From an uncultured Armatimonadetes bacterium (GTDB taxonomy: Bacteria > Armatimonadota > Hebobacteria > Hebobacterales > Hebobacteraceae), in the NCBI GenBank assembly GCA_963716175.1, contig OY970296.1, positions 1,293,684 through 1,357,683 of the forward strand: a stretch of DNA of 64,000 nucleotides, given 5' to 3'. The notes beneath the pieces are model-generated. The model was not told the origin of the DNA. It did no database searches and worked only from the letters and a program-made list of their open reading frames with translations. Positions 60,384-64,000 of this stretch are shown in pieces. The position numbers and the translations under genes were made by a program. Position 1 is the stretch's first letter; each line of letters opens with the position of its first letter.

Positions 60384-62092
60384 ATGCCAATCGAGCTGTG
60401 GGTGACGCATGCGCTGGAGAAGCTTTTCCCGGAGAGCAGGAAGCCGGAGGGGGCGGCGGAGGAGATCGTCCTCAAGGCCGGCCGCAACGAGACCGAAGAC
60501 GCGCAGATCGCGCTGCACATTCCGAGGGGAGTCGAGATCGCGGAGGCCGGCTTCAGCCTCCCGGATCTGACCGGGCCCAAGGGCCGGGCGATCCCGAAGC
60601 AGCAGCTCTCGGCCTCCTGGGTCTGGTATACCTATGTGCTCAACAACCCGCCCGCGAACAAGGAGCCATCGAGCTATCTGCGGAAGGCGCCGGCCTTCTT
60701 CCCGGACGCGTTTCTGGAAGAGAAGACCATCTTCATCCGGGATGACTGGACGCAGCCGCTGTGGGTGTCGGTGACTGTTCCCAAGGGCACGCCGGCCGGG
60801 GAGTACAGAGGCACGCTCGGGCTCGACCTCAGGGAGCGCGGCGGCGAGAAGCATCACTTCGAGGTGCCGATCACCATCACGGCGCGGCCCTACGCGCTCC
60901 CGGACGAGTTCCATCTCCACCACACCGAGTGGTTCTGGCCCCAGGCGGTGGCCAGGTACTACCATCTGGAGCCGTGGTCGGAGCCGCTCTGGGCCTGGAT
61001 CGAGAAGGCGGCGGCGGACCTGGCGCGCCATCACGACGACATGATCCTGACGCCGCTCTATGAGCTGGTGGAGATGAAGAAGACGCAGTCCGGGTTCCAG
61101 TTCGATTTCTCCAGGCTCGATCGCTGGGTGCGGACGTTCAAGAAGGCCGGGGTGGACTGGATCGAGGGCGCGGCATCTCGCTGGCCGCGGCGCGGGCTGG
61201 GAGAGCGATTTCGTGTGGCGGCGGATGCGAGCGCTGGGCAGCAGCGGGAAAGCGGTTGATACCTCCAGGGGCAAGCTATCGGAGGAGCAGTTCGAGCCCT
61301 ATCTGGAGGCTTTCCTCAAGGCCGTGCACGCCCATCTCCAAGCAGCGGGGCTGGGCGAACCGGTACGTGCAGCACATCGCGGATGAGCCGATCGCGGCGA
61401 ATGAAGAGAGCTGGTGCCATCGCGCGAGAAAGGTGCGGGGATGGCTGCCGGGGGTGAAGACGATTGACGCGGTGGAGACCGATGGCCTCGTAGGGCTGGT
61501 GGATTGGCGGGTGCCGCAGATCCAGGAGATCACGTCGGAGCGAAAGCGCAACCCGGGCGAGGACCTGTGGAGCTACACCTGCCTCGTTCCCCAGGGGCAG
61601 TATCCGAACCGGTTCCTCGACTACCCCTCCATCCGGAACCGCATTCTGTTCTGGCTCTGCTGGAGCCTGGACCTGAAGGGCTTCCTGCACTGGGGCTACA
61701 ACTCGTGGCGGGCCTGGCAGGGGGTGCCGGTGGCGGTGGACGTCTCGCCCTGGATGGATGCATCGGCCGGCAGCATCTACTGCGCGGACCGGAACCCGCT
61801 GCCCGCCGGGGACCCCCACATCGTCTATCCCGGCAAGAGCCAGATCTGCTCCAGCATCCGCTGGGAGGATGTGCGCAGGGGGTTCGAGGATTTCGAGTGC
61901 CTCTATCTGTTGGAGCAAGCCGCCGCAGCCGCACCGAGAACCCGGGAGGCACGCGCGGCGAAGGCGCTTCTGCATCGGGTGAGAACAGAGATCGCGGCCA
62001 CACCGCTGCGCCATACCCGCGATGCTCGGGAACTGCTGGCGGTGCGGGAGCAGGTGGGGGCGCTGCTGGGCAAGCTGGCGGGCGAAGGGTAA
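60384..62092 (+). pseudogene. DUF4091 (GH123-like) domain protein interrupted by two frameshifts at about 61190 and about 61350.
   Basis: Three consecutive frames each carry protein-like segments: ...HFEVPITITARPYAL...; ...LSEEQFEPYLEAFLKAVHAHLQAAGLG...; ...GWANRYVQHIADEP...DLWSYTCLVPQGQYPNRFLDYP... Confidence 0.5.
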
Positions 62093-62247
62093 AGGCTGCG
62101 GCACGCGGCTGAAGAGCCTGTGGGAGCCTCGTCCGCGAGGCGATTGGTCCGGGCGAGGCCCCACCCCAGTATCGCCCGGAGGACCGGGCTCCCACGAACG
62201 GGGTCACGGCCCACCAAACACGGTCGTATCCACCAGCGTCGGCCCGC

Positions 62248-63684
62248 CTACGGCCCTGCCGCCCGGAACCGCACCCAGCTCACCACCGCGGGGTCGGTGA
62301 GGCGGTCGCGGATGCTGCCGTAGCAGGTTACGAAGAGATCTTTCCCGGCCTGGCTGCGGGCGGGTAGGGGCAGCCCTGTGATCACCACCTTCCCTGGCGG
62401 GCCCGCCTCCACCCCGGCCTGCAGCGCCTGCGCACCGGTGGCGGCCTCCAGTCGGACGGCCTCTGTCTCCCCGCGGGAGTGCAAGTACACAGTGGTGATG
62501 ACTGGCAACTGGTGCTCATCCCAGGTGCGCAGGTCGAGGCAGAGGTAGCCGCGCTCGGGGATGCGCTTGGGGGCGGTGGTGAGTTCGGCCCGCGCCATCC
62601 CGTTGTCCGCGACCTGCAAGCGCAGCTCCTTCACTTCGGCGCCTCCCAGGCCGCGCCGCGCGGGATTCCGGTCTCGCCACTCCACGCGGGTGTGAGGAGC
62701 CAGCGTCCGGGGCGGCAGCAGCTCGAAGATCTCATCCTGGCGGGGGAAGGACAGCAGCAGGCGGTCGAAGCGAGGTGTCTGCGAGCGGTAGCTCTTCACG
62801 TCGGCCAGCTTCTGCTTGGCTTCTTCCGGGGTGAGGGGCAAGCGGTACCACTGGGCCTCGGGCCCGGACAGCTCTGGCGGCGGGAGCAGTGCCAGCTTGA
62901 CGCCGCTGCGCATGGGCGCGGGATAGCGGGGCCAGTGGATGAGGTAGCCCCAGAGCTGAGCGGCCTCGGCCCAGTCCGCGCCTCTTACCGCGGCGGTGGC
63001 GAGCGCGTATCCGACGAAGCAAGCGGTCGCCCAGTGATCCGGGTGGATGTCCCGGGGGTGGGTGACGTAGATGCGGGTGGGGCGCAGCTGGTGGAGGATG
63101 GCGCTGAGATCGGAGAGCACCTGTTGGCCGCAGTAGGGGGCCTGCGGGGTGAAGGTCCGCGCGTAGGGAGAGAAGCTGACACGGGTGTAGGGCGACTGGT
63201 AGAGGTCGGAGTAGCGCCAGTGCTCTGGCCGCCAGAGGGCCACCAGGCCGTTGTTGGGGAAGCCCAGGAAGTGAACGTGGTGGGGGCTGACCCCCAGCGC
63301 GGCCAGGGCGCGCAGGCTCTCCTCCTGGCGCGTGCGGCCCAGGCTAATCATGTTGGCGGGCTTCCAGGGCAGCTCTCGTTCGCCGAGCACGACCGCCAGC
63401 TCGGAGGCGTCGCCATTGGTCATGAGCACTACGTAGACCTGGGCGCCGTTGGCGACCGCTTGCTGGATCAGGCCGCCACAGCCCAGCACCTCGTCATCGG
63501 GGTGAGGGGCGACGATCAAGATGCGGTCGTCTCTTCCGGGCGCGGGCATCTCGTCCACGAAGCCGGCCGCGCGCAGGGTGTGCTTCCACGCCAGGGAGCT
63601 CACCAGCCAGGAGCGGAAGCTGACGGCCGCAGCCGCGGCCACGATCAGGGCGATGATGATCCGGAGGCGGCGCCACCTACGCAT
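62248..63684 (-). CDS. PIG-L/LmbE-family deacetylase with N-terminal TM.
   Basis: APHPDDEVLGCGG motif. Confidence 0.75.
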   Translation of the reverse strand: MRRWRRLRIIIALIVAAAAAVSFRSWLVSSLAWKHTLRAAGFVDEMPAPGRDDRILIVAPHPDDEVLGCGGLIQQAVANGAQVYVVLMTNGDASELAVVLGERELPWKPANMISLGRTRQEESLRALAALGVSPHHVHFLGFPNNGLVALWRPEHWRYSDLYQSPYTRVSFSPYARTFTPQAPYCGQQVLSDLSAILHQLRPTRIYVTHPRDIHPDHWATACFVGYALATAAVRGADWAEAAQLWGYLIHWPRYPAPMRSGVKLALLPPPELSGPEAQWYRLPLTPEEAKQKLADVKSYRSQTPRFDRLLLSFPRQDEIFELLPPRTLAPHTRVEWRDRNPARRGLGGAEVKELRLQVADNGMARAELTTAPKRIPERGYLCLDLRTWDEHQLPVITTVYLHSRGETEAVRLEAATGAQALQAGVEAGPPGKVVITGLPLPARSQAGKDLFVTCYGSIRDRLTDPAVVSWVRFRAAGP

Positions 63685-64000
63685 CTTGAAGTGCTGCCTC
63701 GCGGAACTGAAGCGTCATGACCTCCCAGGGGCCGCGGCTGTCCTCGAATTGGCCGACCACGCGGAAGCCGATCCGCTGGTAGAGCCGGCGCGCGGGCTGG
63801 TTCTCCGGGCGGACTTCCAGCCGCACGCAGTCATATCCTCGCGCGGAGCCGGGAGAGGGCGAACCGCAGCAGGCCGGCTCCCAGACCGCGGCCCTGCCAG
63901 GCCGGGTCCACTGCAAGCGAGAGGATGCGGGGACAGTCCGCCCCGGGCAGGCGGCCGGCGCGCCAGAAGCTGAGCTTGTCGGCCAGCAGTCGCCGCACCG
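63677..64000 (-). pseudogene. GNAT acetyltransferase, truncated by the window edge and with an apparent frameshift near 63850.
   Basis: LAVDPAWQGRGLGAGLLRFAL in one frame; the continuation YDCVRLEVRPENQPARRLYQRIGFRVVG is in another frame. Confidence 0.45.

Noticed and set aside
60241-60745. C-terminal 170-aa extension of RsmG
   Set aside because: Low-complexity Arg/Gly/Pro translation overlapping the next gene; RsmG homologues end shortly after YPRRPG...RPL. Probably a missing stop or indel.
1-64000. CRISPR arrays, rRNA genes, intact transposases/integrases, prophage structural genes
   Set aside because: Looked for short regularly spaced direct repeats, rRNA-like conserved stretches and DDE or tyrosine recombinase motifs; none found.

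Overview
This is a high-GC (about 68%) bacterial chromosome segment spanning the replication-origin neighbourhood. The minus strand carries dnaA, dnaN and a DciA-like (DUF721) gene, followed by a GT4 glycosyltransferase and a fused GDP-mannose pyrophosphorylase/phosphomannomutase gene. The plus strand further along carries rpmH-rnpA-yidD-yidC-jag-rsmG. DnaA-box clusters lie both upstream of dnaA and in the 527-bp dnaA-dnaN spacer, which also holds an unusually AT-rich tract (oriC candidate). The rest of the window is mostly housekeeping and envelope genes. These include a TPR protein, a PFK/aldolase-like/sugar-phosphate-isomerase/2-hydroxyacid-dehydrogenase operon, rph-rdgB and tRNA-Pro(UGG). 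Also present are an IclR regulator, a type IV pilus minor-pilin cluster (PilV/PilW/PilX-like), a GT39 membrane glycosyltransferase, pdxS/pdxT and an Mla/MCE ABC transporter. A VapBC toxin-antitoxin pair, holA, a CaCA antiporter, an MFS transporter and two tandem SLH-domain beta-propeller paralogues complete the set. Several secreted CAZyme-like proteins are present: a GH35-like protein at the window edge, GH5, a DUF4091/GH123-like protein and an FG-GAP/LamG protein. The non-standard content has four parts. (1) Three families of small structured repeats of about 100-130 bp occur twice each; one copy sits in the dnaA-dnaN spacer, one is inserted into an Rhs remnant and one sits in the yidD 3' end. 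(2) A lower-GC island at 37.4-41.5 kb holds two tandem decayed Rhs/YD-repeat fragments and small secreted or membrane proteins. (3) At least five genes have apparent frameshifts (GH5, rtcB, DUF4091 twice, GNAT), and stop codons are missing in rsmG and between pilV and pilW, which suggests assembly indel errors or pseudogenisation. (4) There is a compact operon of unknown sugar specificity. No rRNA, CRISPR array or intact transposase was seen. Many long high-GC ORFs antisense to real genes in the six-frame track were treated as artefacts.
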